This document shows positions 42,506-54,527 of a DNA stretch of 64,000 nt, one piece after another. The stretch comes from Naegleria gruberi. Taxonomy: Eukaryota. Each line of letters opens with the position of its first letter. The first letter of the stretch is position 1. The stretch lies in NCBI GenBank assembly GCA_000004985.1, contig GG738906.1; one strand, written 5' to 3'. A program made the translations under genes and the position numbers. The notes under the pieces are model-generated. The model was not told where the DNA came from. It was given only the letters and a program-made list of their open reading frames with translations, and did not search any database.

Positions 42506-44903
42506 TCTCTTTCTGTAATGCCATTCCTAATAAATTTGCTAACAACGGCAGCAGAAGGATTGAAATTTTCCTGGTCTTGTTTCATATTTACAAGTAAATC
42601 ACGAAGCTTTGAGGTAACACTCTTTTGCTCAAGCAATTTTTCCAAATCTTGTTCTAGTTTGATATTGGTTCGTTTAAGCTTGTCGTTTTCTTTTTTAAAA
42701 TGTTTCAAGTCCTTTTCAATAACTTTGAATTCCTTTCTCATCAACTCTACTTCTCTGTCTTTGTCTTCAAGAGAAGTGACGAGATAGTTGTATGGTTTTG
42801 ATGAGGTTTCAAATTGTTTTTTCATTTTGTTCAATCTTTCAGTGAGCATTGAAATAGTTGATTGGTCTTTCTTCTCTTTCTCTCTTTTTTCTGTTAATTG
42901 TTTCTCCAAGTCAGAAACTTTTCTGGCCAGGTAAAGACTGTACTTTACTCTTCTTCCCATATTTGTTGGTACTAGCGCAGTTAACTCACTAAGTATTCTT
43001 TCATGACCATCTTTTTCTTGATAATCTGGAGAGTATGTTTCAATAACTTTGTCCAAATCTCTTTCAAGGTCTCTGTATTGGTTCAATTCCTTAGTTACAG
43101 CACTGAGAGTTGTTTCCAGCTCTGTTATTTTTTTTCCAGTTGAATTCTGCAAAGAATAATATTCTGTTTTGAGAACATCTAATTTTTTCTTCATAATCTC
43201 ACTTTCAATCTTTGATTGCTTCAGATTTTCTGCATGTTCCATAAGAGACACTTGCAATCTTTCATTATCAAAAATTTTAAGGTTTGCTTGTGTCCTAATC
43301 TCACTGATTTGCTTTTCCAGGGTACTTTGGAGGGTTCTAAACTCCATCATAACATTAGTATTAGTTTCCTTTAGGTCTTCCACTTGTCTCTTTAACTTTT
43401 CTACTTGAGCTTCGGCCCCATCTTTTGATTCTTTTAACATTCTATTCTCTCTTTCATAATTTTCTTGTGAGTTTTGCTTGATAATATCCAAATCTTTTTG
43501 AGTTTTTTCCTTTAGCTTTTGAATTTCTTCTTGAAGACTTCTTTCATATTCAGTTTTAGACTCCTCTCTTGTTGATAATAGTTTATCATAAAGTGTCTTT
43601 TTTTCTTTTCTCATTTCTTTCAACTTATTTTCTAATCTCAAAATGTCATCCTCATTCTTACTCGATTTGTTTGAGTTATTTTCAATTTCTTTTGTTAGAT
43701 ACATTTTATCATTCTTAAGTAGTTCAACTTGTTGTTTAAGGTTTGTAAGCTCCAAATTAAGTGTTTCTTTTTCCTCTCTTGCAATATCAAGGGATCTCTT
43801 TACCAATTCTAATTCTGATTGACATTTTCTGGCTTCTTCTTCATAGTTTGAGGCTTTTAGCTTTACTGCATCAAACATTTCACTTTTGGTTTTAATTTCT
43901 TCCACCATTACAGTTTTTCCATTTAGTTCATCCAATAACTTTTGGCATTTTGTTTCAAGCATATCTATTTGAATCAAATAATCTCTTTTCATATCGTCAT
44001 TCAATCTTTTTTGGTGATCAGAATCTCGCACGATTTTCTCGTACTTTTCATTAATTAATCTAAGATTATCATGAAGTATCTCATTCTCTTCTTGATATTT
44101 CGAAATACTTTCTCTTGTTTCTCTCCTGACTTGATCTATAATCTTTGTATTTGCATCTGTAACCTCATTACTTTTTTGATTTAACAAAACCTGATATTGA
44201 TTTTGGAGTTGAACAAGTTTTTTTTCATTTCTACAAGGGTTATTAATCAAAGTTGTTCTGCTACTTACTGTTCGAGTTGAGTTTTAAATTTGAGAATTTC
44301 CATTTCTAAAAAATGTTTTTCGTTTTCCTTCTCCTGCTCTAATTGGGCTAATTGCATTTGAGCTTCTCTCCTTATTCTCTCACATTCTAATTTTTTCTTT
44401 TGTAATTCTAATTTAAGAGATGACACATTGGATTGAACCTCTCTTGTGTGGTAAGAGTTGATGGATGTGATATCAGTACTAATTGATATTTCCTCTTCTG
44501 ATAAAAGAGGTGATGACAATAAACTAGTATCTACAGTTTTCGCTCTCTTTTTCTTTGGACTTGGTGTTGAAAGTAAATTTGATGAAATTGGACTACTAAT
44601 TGTTGAAATTTCACTCGCTAGTTTATCTAATTCATCATCATCAAAACAAGTATTAAGGTTTGCTTTTTTCATCATTTTTCCTAAAAGTCTCTTCCCTTGA
44701 TCTTTGGGAGAGGAAGTACTATCCGAAGAACATCCGGTAATTGGTGATGAAAAATAAGAAGGGACATTAAAGTAATTTGTATCGGTTTTTGAATAGTTAT
44801 TCTTGATTGGGGTCCGAAGAATATCTTCTCCAAACAACCCACCTTCAAATTCTGACATTTTTTTTTGTTTGCAAAAAGTACAAAATTTGGCGGGAGAATA
44901 CAT
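42502..44903 (-). CDS. Long coiled-coil protein (~790 aa), unassigned; join(44903..44269,44230..42502). The A-run start ATG is probably at 44858.
   Basis: A 38-nt GTAAGT..TGTAG intron (phase 2) joins ORFs 44265-44903 and 42502-44250. Heptad-rich throughout. Its stop overlaps the CysRS stop by 4 nt on the opposite strand. Confidence 0.55.
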
Positions 44904-44912
44904 AGTTGAGTT

Positions 44913-46805
44913 TTATTTGGTATTTAAACTTAACCATACAACTTTGCCTGAATTGGTACCAATAGCAAGATAACCAGTTGATTCCTTTGGCTGTGTTGGA
45001 TCTTTTAGATCTGGACAATAAGATATACAGGTAGCATAGTCATTCGAAAGGGTGGTCAAGGTACTTCTTGGTAACAAGTTTGGAGTGGTAACAACCTGTA
45101 TTTCACCATTCGTCTTACCATAAAATATATATGATCCATCATGGCTGAAACAAATGCATGTTAAATCTGGAATATCTTTGGAGTGTTGTTTCGAAAACTG
45201 AACTACTCCAGCATTTGGTTTTTTTCCACATGTAATTATTTGAATGGAATTACCACATCTAAGAACTAGCTCTGTCTTCTTGTCAGGATTAATGTGCAGT
45301 TCTGGAATTTCATTTCCTTGACAAATGTTTGAGTCATACTTCACCACTGTATTTGGTAGAACCTCCCCTTTGGCATTAATATCAACCCTATAAATGCACC
45401 CATTTCTTGCAAGAGCATACTTAAGATTAAGATCACCCTCAGAACAATCTAGTAATCTAATGATTGGACTATCTCCAAGTTTAATCAAAGAAGTGAATTC
45501 GTGTTCGTACTTCATATATGCCAATCTACCATCAAATGTTCCAACAAGAGGCTTGCTTGTATCTTTTTCTACTAAAATTGATGTCATGTTAACATCAACC
45601 ATTTGTGCATCCCATAAAAAGTACTTGTCTGTTTCCAATTTAAATAATAAAAATTTGTCATCCTTCACTGCTTCCATAAACACTGTATTGACACCAAATG
45701 TGTAGGCTGGAAGTAAATCATTCTTGGTTTGTAAAAAGTTAGCATATTTTGCATCCAGTAGATAATTTGGAACATCCTGTAATTTTTCATTTGCTGTCTT
45801 GAAGGTCTTTGCAGACAAGTTATTTCCTTGCTTTGATAAGAACATTAACCTAGAATTTGATTTTGGTGGTTTTTGAGGAGGTGCATAAATAATAGTATGC
45901 ACAGGTGCTTTGAACACCTCAGCAGTATCCAAAATGGAGATAGAGTATTTGTGCTTTTGTTGATTTAAGGAAGGAGTTGACGGTTCTGGAATATTAGCAA
46001 CAATATTTCCTGGATTTTCGGTGGCATATTCATAATAAGATCTCTTCTTTTTAGTAGAAGATCTATCAGTACGAGAATAGTCACTCCAAATACTGGAAGG
46101 TTGATTGTCAACTACCATTTGATATGTATTGCCTGTTTGTGTGAAAGAGGGAGGCTCTGCGTTGAATACATTACTCATATTTAAGATTAATGAAGTAGGA
46201 TCTAGTTTCTCATATTTTGTTGGAATGTCTTGGTTTTCTGCTCCGTAATGATCTTCAATATTTTCCAAATCTTTTGTGACAACCTCTGCACATTTACTGA
46301 TTACCATTTCTCTTGAGATCACATTCGAAAGTTTTTCGAATTTTAACAAATCTCCATACTTGAGTTTAGCTTCCTGATCATAAAGACCCATATTTTCCAT
46401 GTCAGTAATCAACTTCATAGCTCTGGCAGTCTCTCCTTTTAACATTAAACACGGAAAGTATGCATAGAGAATTCTACGCATAACAGTGTTAAATTCAGCA
46501 TCTCGTATAAATTTTTTGCATTGGTTAAGGTAATTAATAGCCTTTTCAAAATCACCACCTTGGATAAATCGGATCAATCTTCTCTTATTGAACAAGTTTA
46601 ACGCTACTTCCAGACTAACTGAATTATTATTTTCAATGGTTAAAACAACATACCTTTCAATTACGTTATGAAAGCCTCTTTCGTGGAGATAGTGGAACAT
46701 GAATGTGTCTATTTGATCGATAACTTCAGGGTTCGGATTTTGCACCAATCTCTTTCTGATGTCTTCTCTTATCAGCCTGCGTGATGGACGATTGTCTGTG
46801 CTCAT
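44913..46805 (-). CDS. LisH/CTLH-domain protein with a C-terminal beta-propeller (WD40-like); WDR26/SMU1-type architecture
   Basis: LisH-like IDTFMFHYLHERGFHNVIERY, CTLH-like NKRRLIRFIQGGDFEKAINYL, and C-terminal repeated beta-strand blades. Confidence 0.5.
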   Translation of the reverse strand: MSTDNRPSRRLIREDIRKRLVQNPNPEVIDQIDTFMFHYLHERGFHNVIERYVVLTIENNNSVSLEVALNLFNKRRLIRFIQGGDFEKAINYLNQCKKFIRDAEFNTVMRRILYAYFPCLMLKGETARAMKLITDMENMGLYDQEAKLKYGDLLKFEKLSNVISREMVISKCAEVVTKDLENIEDHYGAENQDIPTKYEKLDPTSLILNMSNVFNAEPPSFTQTGNTYQMVVDNQPSSIWSDYSRTDRSSTKKKRSYYEYATENPGNIVANIPEPSTPSLNQQKHKYSISILDTAEVFKAPVHTIIYAPPQKPPKSNSRLMFLSKQGNNLSAKTFKTANEKLQDVPNYLLDAKYANFLQTKNDLLPAYTFGVNTVFMEAVKDDKFLLFKLETDKYFLWDAQMVDVNMTSILVEKDTSKPLVGTFDGRLAYMKYEHEFTSLIKLGDSPIIRLLDCSEGDLNLKYALARNGCIYRVDINAKGEVLPNTVVKYDSNICQGNEIPELHINPDKKTELVLRCGNSIQIITCGKKPNAGVVQFSKQHSKDIPDLTCICFSHDGSYIFYGKTNGEIQVVTTPNLLPRSTLTTLSNDYATCISYCPDLKDPTQPKESTGYLAIGTNSGKVVWLSLNTK

Positions 46806-46921
46806 TTTTTTTGTTTTTAATTTTTAAATTATTTTTGAAAATTTATTTTATTTTAAAACGAACAAATAAATTTGTGAATCAAAAGAGTTTGTTTATTCAA
46901 CAAATATGATGTCAGAAAAGA

Positions 46922-48162
46922 CTAAAAATCAAGGGAGGACTTAAAACTCTTGGAAAGTGACTGTACGTGTTCCTTGAAAATCTTTACACTGTCACTAAAC
47001 TTATTCTTGTCATTATTTGAGAGAAGATCATGTAAACGTGCTCCATGAGTATCTGGATAGAAATTATAGTGTTGATGCTTGATAGGAACACAAATATTAC
47101 CTGTATCTGGGTGAACACAAAAAGGACTTTTTAACAAGTGATTAAAACCCTTTGATACGTTAACATCCAAACGAGGGTAAACAAATGAATAAACTATTTC
47201 CCATAAAAAGTGTTTGTTTTTCTTGTCACGTAATAACTTGTCTCTGATTTGAGAATAAATATCAGTACCACTCTTTCCAGATTCTAGTATTTCTTGTATC
47301 ATTGTCTTTACCTCGCTGATATATATGAGATTCAATAAATAAGGTATTGATTGTTGCATGATCAATTCATCGTCAAAAATTCCCATATCATTAATAAATA
47401 TCTCAATGAAATATTTTTCACAGGTGGTGAAAACAATAGAATCAATATCAAAGGAAGGATGAGCATTTCCAGTTAGATTGACTCTTCTTGATTGTTTTTC
47501 TCCTGCGATAGAGCTACTTTGATAAATGTGTATAAACCTAGAAATTGAAGATCTGCCTTCGTTATTCATTTTCTTAAGAAGTTCATCACTTGCCCAACAG
47601 TGAATACCTCTTCTACCACTGTAAACCCAAATCAAATGTTTAGTACCAAATACATCAACTAGCAAATGATCCAAAATTTCCATAGCACAATTCATCAATC
47701 TCCAACATTGTTTACAATACTTTCCTCCTGTGCAACCACAAAATCTAACGTCATCATAGTCGGAAATATCAATATCAATACAATATTCTTTTTCTACAGG
47801 TATCAAAACAGTTTGGTTTTGGTTTTTTTTGGCTACTGGCAGATTGTAGACAGGACCAATGTCCAGCTTTACAGGTACATTAGAATACTTTGTAACCTGC
47901 TCTTTTAAATCGGTGGCATTCTTTATGCTTTTATATCTTGAAAATATGGTATCCATTTGATTGGTTTTGGGATTCACAACTTTAAACGAGTAGGACATTT
48001 CTCTGTTCACTATTTGATTACCATCCGGATGGAGCCATTGTACAAGCAAATCAAAAGGAAAGTGTTTCTCTGTTTGGTCAATATTTAAATATTGTTGATA
48101 AATTAATTTCATCAAAACCTACCATAATACTGTTTGAGTTGATCGTTGGTAACTGAAGCCAT
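46922..48162 (-). CDS. PRI1: DNA primase small (catalytic) subunit PRI1; join(48162..48123,48069..46922)
   Basis: True exon 1 MASVTNDQLKQYY(G) plus a 53-nt GTAGGT..AAACAG intron gives ...QLKQYYEKHFPFDLLVQWLHP...NREMSYSF, matching the PRIM1 N-terminus (ELLKLYYRRLFPY..YRWL...HREFSF). The catalytic region is DIDISDYDDVRFCGCTG...IWVYSGRRGIHCW. The ORF-track N-terminus (MMKLIYQQ) is an intron read-through. Confidence 0.85.
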
Positions 48163-48557
48163 TTTTTTTTTAATTTTTTAAATGTGATAAAGTTGGCGGG
48201 TGATGACTGGCGGGAGATGAAAGAATGATTTATTAAAGATTTTTAATGTACAACAAATTAGCTTCCGGCAATCTATGTATTGAACTAGAGCCTTGATCAC
48301 TTGCTGGGTGTGATGAACATTTCCATCTTACTCTTATATTGTATTTTATTAATGATTACTTCATTAACTGTACTCTAATATTTTCTATATTTTTAAATAT
48401 TATACTTGTAAAACATGTTAAAGTGTACAATCAACCTTCTTTAATTATTTAACCAAATAATATCTATGCATTCTAAAATTTACTTCTAATAATATTTCCT
48501 TGAATTATAAAAACAAGATTGACAATAATAAAATATTAAAACGTTTATTAATTAAAA

Positions 48558-50081
48558 ATGCAACAAACACAAAACGCTCCAGAGGAAGGCGACAATTCGG
48601 AAGGTAGAACAATGACTGCCGACGAAAAGAAAAAACAAAGAGAAGCTAAAAAGATGGAAAAGAAACAAGCAAAGGAACAAAAAGGTGGATTGTCTAAAGA
48701 GGAAAGAAAGAAATTGTTTGAAACAAACGAAAATAATAAGAGACAAGAACGATTAAAAGCCAAAGAAGAAGCAGAAAATATCACCACTCCGACAATGCCA
48801 TCAAATGTTACGAATAATAGTACCAACCCAACAACAAGTCAACAAACAAACGCTTCCGATCAAAGGTTGAGAGAAGAAAACGAGAGATTAAAGAAGGAAT
48901 TGTTACAAAGAGACAAACTTTATCTAGATTTGAAGAAGAAATATCAGGAAAATAGAATTTCTTCTCACTTGCCAGAATATCAACCTCCAAAACAAACAGA
49001 AATCAACACTGGAAAACTTCATCCTCAAGTGATTCAACTCGGAATTCAATATGCAAGTGGTCAAATTACTGGATGCAATGCTAGAACTCTTGCTATGTTC
49101 ACTGTTTTGAAACAGCTTGTTAATGATACTGAAATTCCTGAAGATAAGCAATTCAGTAGATGTTTGGATCCGCTTGTTTCTTCTGTAATTGACCACTTAA
49201 AACAATGTAGACCAATGAGCGTGGGAATGAAAAATGCTTTGAGAAGATTTAAATATTGTTTGCATCAAATTGACAAGGAATCTTACATTCGTACACATCA
49301 ACAGAGAAAAGAAGCTCTTTCAGAATATGTTGATAGATATATTGAAGAACGTATTTCAGTTCCTGAAAAAGAAATTGTTAAGAAAGGAGTTAATGGTATT
49401 AAGGATGGTGATACAATTTTAACATATGCACTAAGTGAGGTTTTAGAAAAAATGATTATAGAGGCTGCTCAAAGCAAGAAAATATCTGTAATTGTTGTTG
49501 ATAGCAGACCAAAGAATGAAGGTAAAGAGCTCGTAAAACGTTTGACAAGAGCTGGTGTGAAATGTTCGATTGTTCTCGTTAATGCTGTTACATATGTCAT
49601 GAAGGATGTTTCAAAGGTGTTCTTGGGTGCAAATTCAATTTTGTCCAATGGTAATGTTTATTCACGTGTAGGTACAGCTGTTGTTGCCATGACTGCAAAG
49701 GCTTTTAATATTCCAGTGGTTGTTTGTTGTGAGACATACAAATTTAGTGCTCATTCTCAATTGGATTCCATTACAACTAACGAGTTGGGAGATCCATATG
49801 ATTTAGTAGATTTAAGTACAACACCTCAAAGACACCACACTGTTAATTATTTGTCTAGTAATGAAATTGGACAATTGGAGGTTGAAGGAGTAACCAAGTT
49901 TGATGACAAGGAAACAGTGTATAACATGGAAAATTTTGAATCTATTCCTAACCTTCATATCGTAAATTTAACTTATGACCTTACTCCTTGTCATTATGTA
50001 GATATGGTTTTGTGTGAATTTGGTGCTATTCCACCAACATCTGTTTCAGTCATTTTGAGAGAGTACGTCGATTATCAATAA
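48558..50081 (+). CDS. eIF2B delta-like subunit (eIF2B alpha/beta/delta family with a K/E-rich N-terminal extension)
   Basis: KLHPQVIQLGIQYASGQITGCNARTLAMF and the C-terminal GANSILSNGNVYSRVGTAVVAMTAKAFNIPVVVCCETYKF match the eIF2B regulatory-subunit fold. Confidence 0.7.
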   Translation: MQQTQNAPEEGDNSEGRTMTADEKKKQREAKKMEKKQAKEQKGGLSKEERKKLFETNENNKRQERLKAKEEAENITTPTMPSNVTNNSTNPTTSQQTNASDQRLREENERLKKELLQRDKLYLDLKKKYQENRISSHLPEYQPPKQTEINTGKLHPQVIQLGIQYASGQITGCNARTLAMFTVLKQLVNDTEIPEDKQFSRCLDPLVSSVIDHLKQCRPMSVGMKNALRRFKYCLHQIDKESYIRTHQQRKEALSEYVDRYIEERISVPEKEIVKKGVNGIKDGDTILTYALSEVLEKMIIEAAQSKKISVIVVDSRPKNEGKELVKRLTRAGVKCSIVLVNAVTYVMKDVSKVFLGANSILSNGNVYSRVGTAVVAMTAKAFNIPVVVCCETYKFSAHSQLDSITTNELGDPYDLVDLSTTPQRHHTVNYLSSNEIGQLEVEGVTKFDDKETVYNMENFESIPNLHIVNLTYDLTPCHYVDMVLCEFGAIPPTSVSVILREYVDYQ

Positions 50082-50115
50082 ATTATTATTATTTTTATAA
50101 AATTCTCATTCTAGA

Positions 50116-51216
50116 TTATATTACTTTCTTGTTTGGTGGTACCATTCTGGAATTAACCAAACCTTTGAGAACGAAAATCCTTTTCACCCACCAACCCAAA
50201 TACCAAATTAGAGGCAAAAAGGCCACATATTGAATCCAAGCAAACTTTGCTTTTTCAAACCATTCCACCTCATACAAATAGCTCTGAATTGGAATTTTAA
50301 TATTAATATTAATTTCCAAAGAATCTGTCGAAGTGTCTGGTCCTTTCTTGCAAAACGATGATTCTTGAGAAAATACTCCAGCAACTTATCAACTTAATGA
50401 ATTGACTAGTTTCCAAAAACTTACTGTCTCTGTCATGTAATGTTTGAATAAAATTTGAAATAGATAATTCATCCATAGAATTAATTTGAGAAAAGTCAAT
50501 AATAGGATCAGCATATGTTAAAACTTGATCAGTTCCATGAAAAGCATAATTTTGTCTCAATTTTAATGCTCCATTGATGAGTATTTGAGAACATCTTGTT
50601 GTGTCTGTCTTGATATGAGCTAGACCGGTGACATTTAAATTTTTGTATCTCTTTTGGGATTGTATTTCCAAAGAAAAAGAGAACTTACAGCCAGAAGTAT
50701 TCCAAATTCCATCAAAATGTCAATACTAGAAAAAGAGTCAGAAGACAACCTAGGTATTTGAAATTGGTATTGAAAAGTTTCTACATCGTCTGGATAATAA
50801 TCTCCATATCTTATGTGTAATTTAGTAAGATCCACTAAACGATCCGCCAAACTAATGTGAGTTGAAGTAAATACAGGAAATACGAAATTATTGTTAGGTA
50901 TTAATGAATTAGCATTTTTGTTGCTAGTCCATAACTTGTAACCTGAGTTAAAACTTGATGGTGAAAGGAAGGTAATCACTCTCTGCGTAAAGGTGACTCT
51001 AGGTCTTTCAACAATATTGGAGTAATCAATCCACAATTCTGCACAAACTTATTCTGAAATCTGTTCCGAAATAAGTTACTTACTGTTTGTCAATAACGGA
51101 ACAACATAGGGCATCACTAAAACAAAAATTGCATACAATATTATTAAAATAATAGAACCCTTCGATCCATAACTAGAGAACTTGGTTGTCACATACTCTT
51201 CGTGAATTACTGGCAT
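50116..51216 (-). CDS. Predicted membrane protein of unknown function, about four exons; join(51216..51084,51038..50689,50608..50425,50384..50116)
   Basis: An N-terminal TM helix (SIILIILYAIFVLVMPYVVPLL) and a C-terminal TM helix (WIQYVAFLPLIWYLGWWV). Three ORF-track fragments in different frames are linked by short introns: GTAAGT of 45 nt and GTAAGT of 40 nt, both phase 1. The middle exon boundary is uncertain. Confidence 0.4.
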
Positions 51217-51267
51217 TTTTTTGTATGTTGTTTGAGCGGGAAAGTCTAAAAATATTCATCGAAAAGA

Positions 51268-54200
51268 ATGCCATTATCAAATAAGCGGGGATCAGGCACC
51301 CTTGATTACTATGTTTCGATGGCCACAAAAGGAGGAGAGGATGCAAAGCTTGAAAGTAGTAAAATTTTTCTTGAACTTTCGGAGGAGAGTAAGTATGAAA
51401 TTAACATTTACTAATTTAAAATAGAGAAATTTGCACTTGTTGTTGATGCAGTAGATGCCCTCTTTCATCTAATTGAAACAAGTGAAAATGTGGAAATTAT
51501 TAAAAATTCGTTGATGACAATGGTAAATCTTTGCAAAGAAAAGGCTCAGGTTGATTACTTGATTGCTGAAAAAAATTGTTTCAGACGTCTGGCATCTGCA
51601 GTATCTTTCCATAATGTTCCTTGTCAAATTCTTGCAACAAGATGCATTGGATTATTAGCAAAATATCCTACAAGTGGAATCAGATTTGTAAGTGATGGAG
51701 GGTTGTTACCTATATTATGTTCCCTTAAACCAGACCAAAATACGGAAATGTTAATAGAAATTTGTAAAACTCTAGCTACATGTAATATAAGAGGTGAGTT
51801 TTAAACAATTTAAAGGTTTTTAACAATATGTAGGAGAATGTGCAACAAGAATTGTGGAAGTTTGGGGATTGGAGTCTCTGGGAGAGCTAATTTCAAAATT
51901 TATCAGAGGAAAGGATTCAAAATCAGTAAAGATACTAACCCACCTTTCGTTGGTATTGTCTAACCTATCTCGTTTTAAAAGTATTGGGGCGAACATGTTT
52001 AAAAATGAAAAACTTCAATTAATTAATATTCTAACAAATATTTTGAGTGCATCTCATGTCACTATGGAAGCTAAGAGGGCCGCAGCAAAAACTTGCTACA
52101 ATCTTGTAAATAATCAATATATTAATGACAGTATTGTTGTAGATGAAGTACTGATATCACTATTAATGAGAAAGCATTTTGAAACGGATTATCTGTTCAA
52201 ACATACTGTTGTAAAGACTCTCGATTGTGCTGTGAAGGAATGTATTGAATTGAAGAAGGAGGAATTAATGATTAGGATTATAAAAAAGTATCAAAGTTTG
52301 AGCTTTACAGAATGGATAATCAACTCTATTGGATGTGATAACGTTCAAATTATAGTACTAAAAGTTTTTATTGCAAGTAAGTGGGCAGTACATGATAATG
52401 AAAATATGTTCAGTAATACCTTTCTCCACTCTCTATTAGTTTGTATGCGAGAAACTATTAGTACAACAGTAAGGAGGGTTTGTGATGAAGTTCTCTATCA
52501 GTTTTGCAATATGGAAAGGTTTAAAAAAGAGATTATTGAATATAGAGGTGTAGATATTCTAATTCCCCAATTGACCTTTAAGGAAATCAAATCAAAGCTT
52601 TGGGGAGTTAAGGCATTAGCTAGGATAATGACAAATAGAGATTATGCTTTGAGTTTCGTAAAAAATTATGGTATTGTTAAACCAGCTGTAAAATGTTTCA
52701 TGATAACTCCAGCAAAATCACTAGAATATCAAGATATTTTTATGAGTACCCTACTAATAATATCTGCTATTTCTGAAACAACAGAATTTAGAGAACATTT
52801 TCTTCAATCTGGTGCTATCAACAAACTACTGGATATATTGGAAAGAGCCGATCGATCTGAGCATAGGACATTAATCTATTGCCTTAATATTATTATTGCG
52901 TATGTAAATAGTGGTAAGTTATTATTGGAAAATCATTAAAAATTTAACTTGAATGATAGCAAACTACGAAAGCTCTGGTAATGCAAACTTGAAAATTGTA
53001 AGTGAGAAGAGATTATGTAGGGTTATTGAAAATGTTACCTCAAACGATTTTTCATTATCTGGACGAGTGGTCTTGTTAATTCAAGCCTACTCACAGCATT
53101 GTATGTTTTGATTTTGATTTTTTGAATTAATTATTTAATTAGCCAATTCTCCAATATTCGATTTTTGGAATATACTCTACAACAAAGCTCTTGAGGTAAT
53201 TAGATGCAATGAAGATTACAACAGCTATTTATATCAGAGAATAACTTGTTTTCAAATGCTTACATCTATTCTTTGTAAACCATATATTTTTTCAAATTTA
53301 AACCCAGAAATAATCATTAATCATTATCTCAATATTTTTTCAAAGAGTAATCCTTTGAGTTATTTGAAAGAAACATCAGCTAAAGGACTTCTCTACTTTT
53401 GTAAGCAAACACCGTCAGTATTTAGATCTATTCTTTTGGAATATGAGGAAGATTTAGTAGCTAGTCATAAGGAATTTTCATTTGGAAACAATACTTGTTT
53501 CTCCAATGTTGGGTCATTCAGAGAATTTTTAACTAGATATCTTATCTTTTTTAAAAAGGAAAAGGCAAAGAAAATAAGACGATATTTAATTTTGACTAGA
53601 ATTCAGAGATTTCTATTGTTTCTTCTAGCATTTGTTAGAAGTAAGAATGAAAATGCACAATTTGTGGACACGCTAATTAGTCAAGCTAGTTCAAAATATT
53701 TGAAGATGGAAGGGGAAAAGAGAACTATAAATCCTTTGATGTATATACCTCTTGCCCACAAGCATCACTATGATATTGACACAGCTTTGATTGGACAAAC
53801 CATACCATTCCAACCATCCAGCAATGATACACAAAAACGATTGAAAGAATTGGTTCTCCAAAAGTACTCTAATACTACCCCTTCAAATAGTCCCCTTAAT
53901 AGAAGAAGATCAAATTCAGGATTCAGTTTTGGAACAAGAAGTTCTTCGATGTGCTCGACCCATAGTCCAGTTATTCTCATGGGTGACAAGTTTAGCTCAA
54001 ATAATTGTATTACGGATGAATCAATATTCTCACTAGGCAGTACTGGAGAGTTTGGCTTAACGGTCCAAAGTAATATCAAAAAAACTCAAAAGAAAGATTC
54101 AAGTCATTCCCCTACACCTACTGTATCGCTATTAGAAATGTGGCAAGATGAATACGGAACTAAAGAGATTCTTCGGGAAACAAACTTTAAGAGTTTTAGA

Positions 54201-54473
54201 ACTGGTTCAAGCTCTTCAACATTGCCACATATAAACTCGATGAGTACATCGACAACACCAATCCCTCACCAAACCAACAACAACAGATCACATGCTCAAC
54301 GGCCAGCATCTGCTCTCTCATACAGCAAGCCAAGGAAAGAAGTGACCGATTTGAATCCAGAATTGGAACGAAGATATCTGAACAAGAGCAAAGAAATGGG
54401 AATCATTAAGCAGGGTACTACTTTCCCTTTCGAAAATCTTCTTTCTTCCAAATACAAGCAGATATTAAAATAG
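51268..54473 (+). CDS. Armadillo-repeat protein (~1000 aa) with a Ser-rich C-terminal tail; join(51268..51388,51425..51793,51834..52913,52960..53100,53143..53195,53238..54473)
   Basis: Six exons reconstructed from three ORF-track ORFs plus two unlisted small exons. Introns are 36-46 nt (GTAAGT, GTGAGT, GTAAGT, GTATGT, GTAATT); the first has a TACTAAT branch site. ARM-like helical repeats run through exons 2-3. Confidence 0.6.
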
Positions 54474-54527
54474 TTCCTATTAATAAAACTATGTACAAGG
54501 TTTGGCGGGAAATAAAAAAAGAAAAAA

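Noticed and set aside
48070-48115. ORF-track N-terminus of PRI1 (MMKLIYQQYLNIDQT) starting at 48115
   Set aside because: This stretch is intron read-through starting from a TTG. The real first exon (MASVTNDQLKQYY) is at 48162-48123 and restores the conserved PRIM1 N-terminus.
52998-53020. GTAAGT...TGTAG segment inside ARM-gene exon 4 that looks like an intron
   Set aside because: 23 nt is too short for a spliceosomal intron here (minimum observed 36 nt). It reads through in frame.
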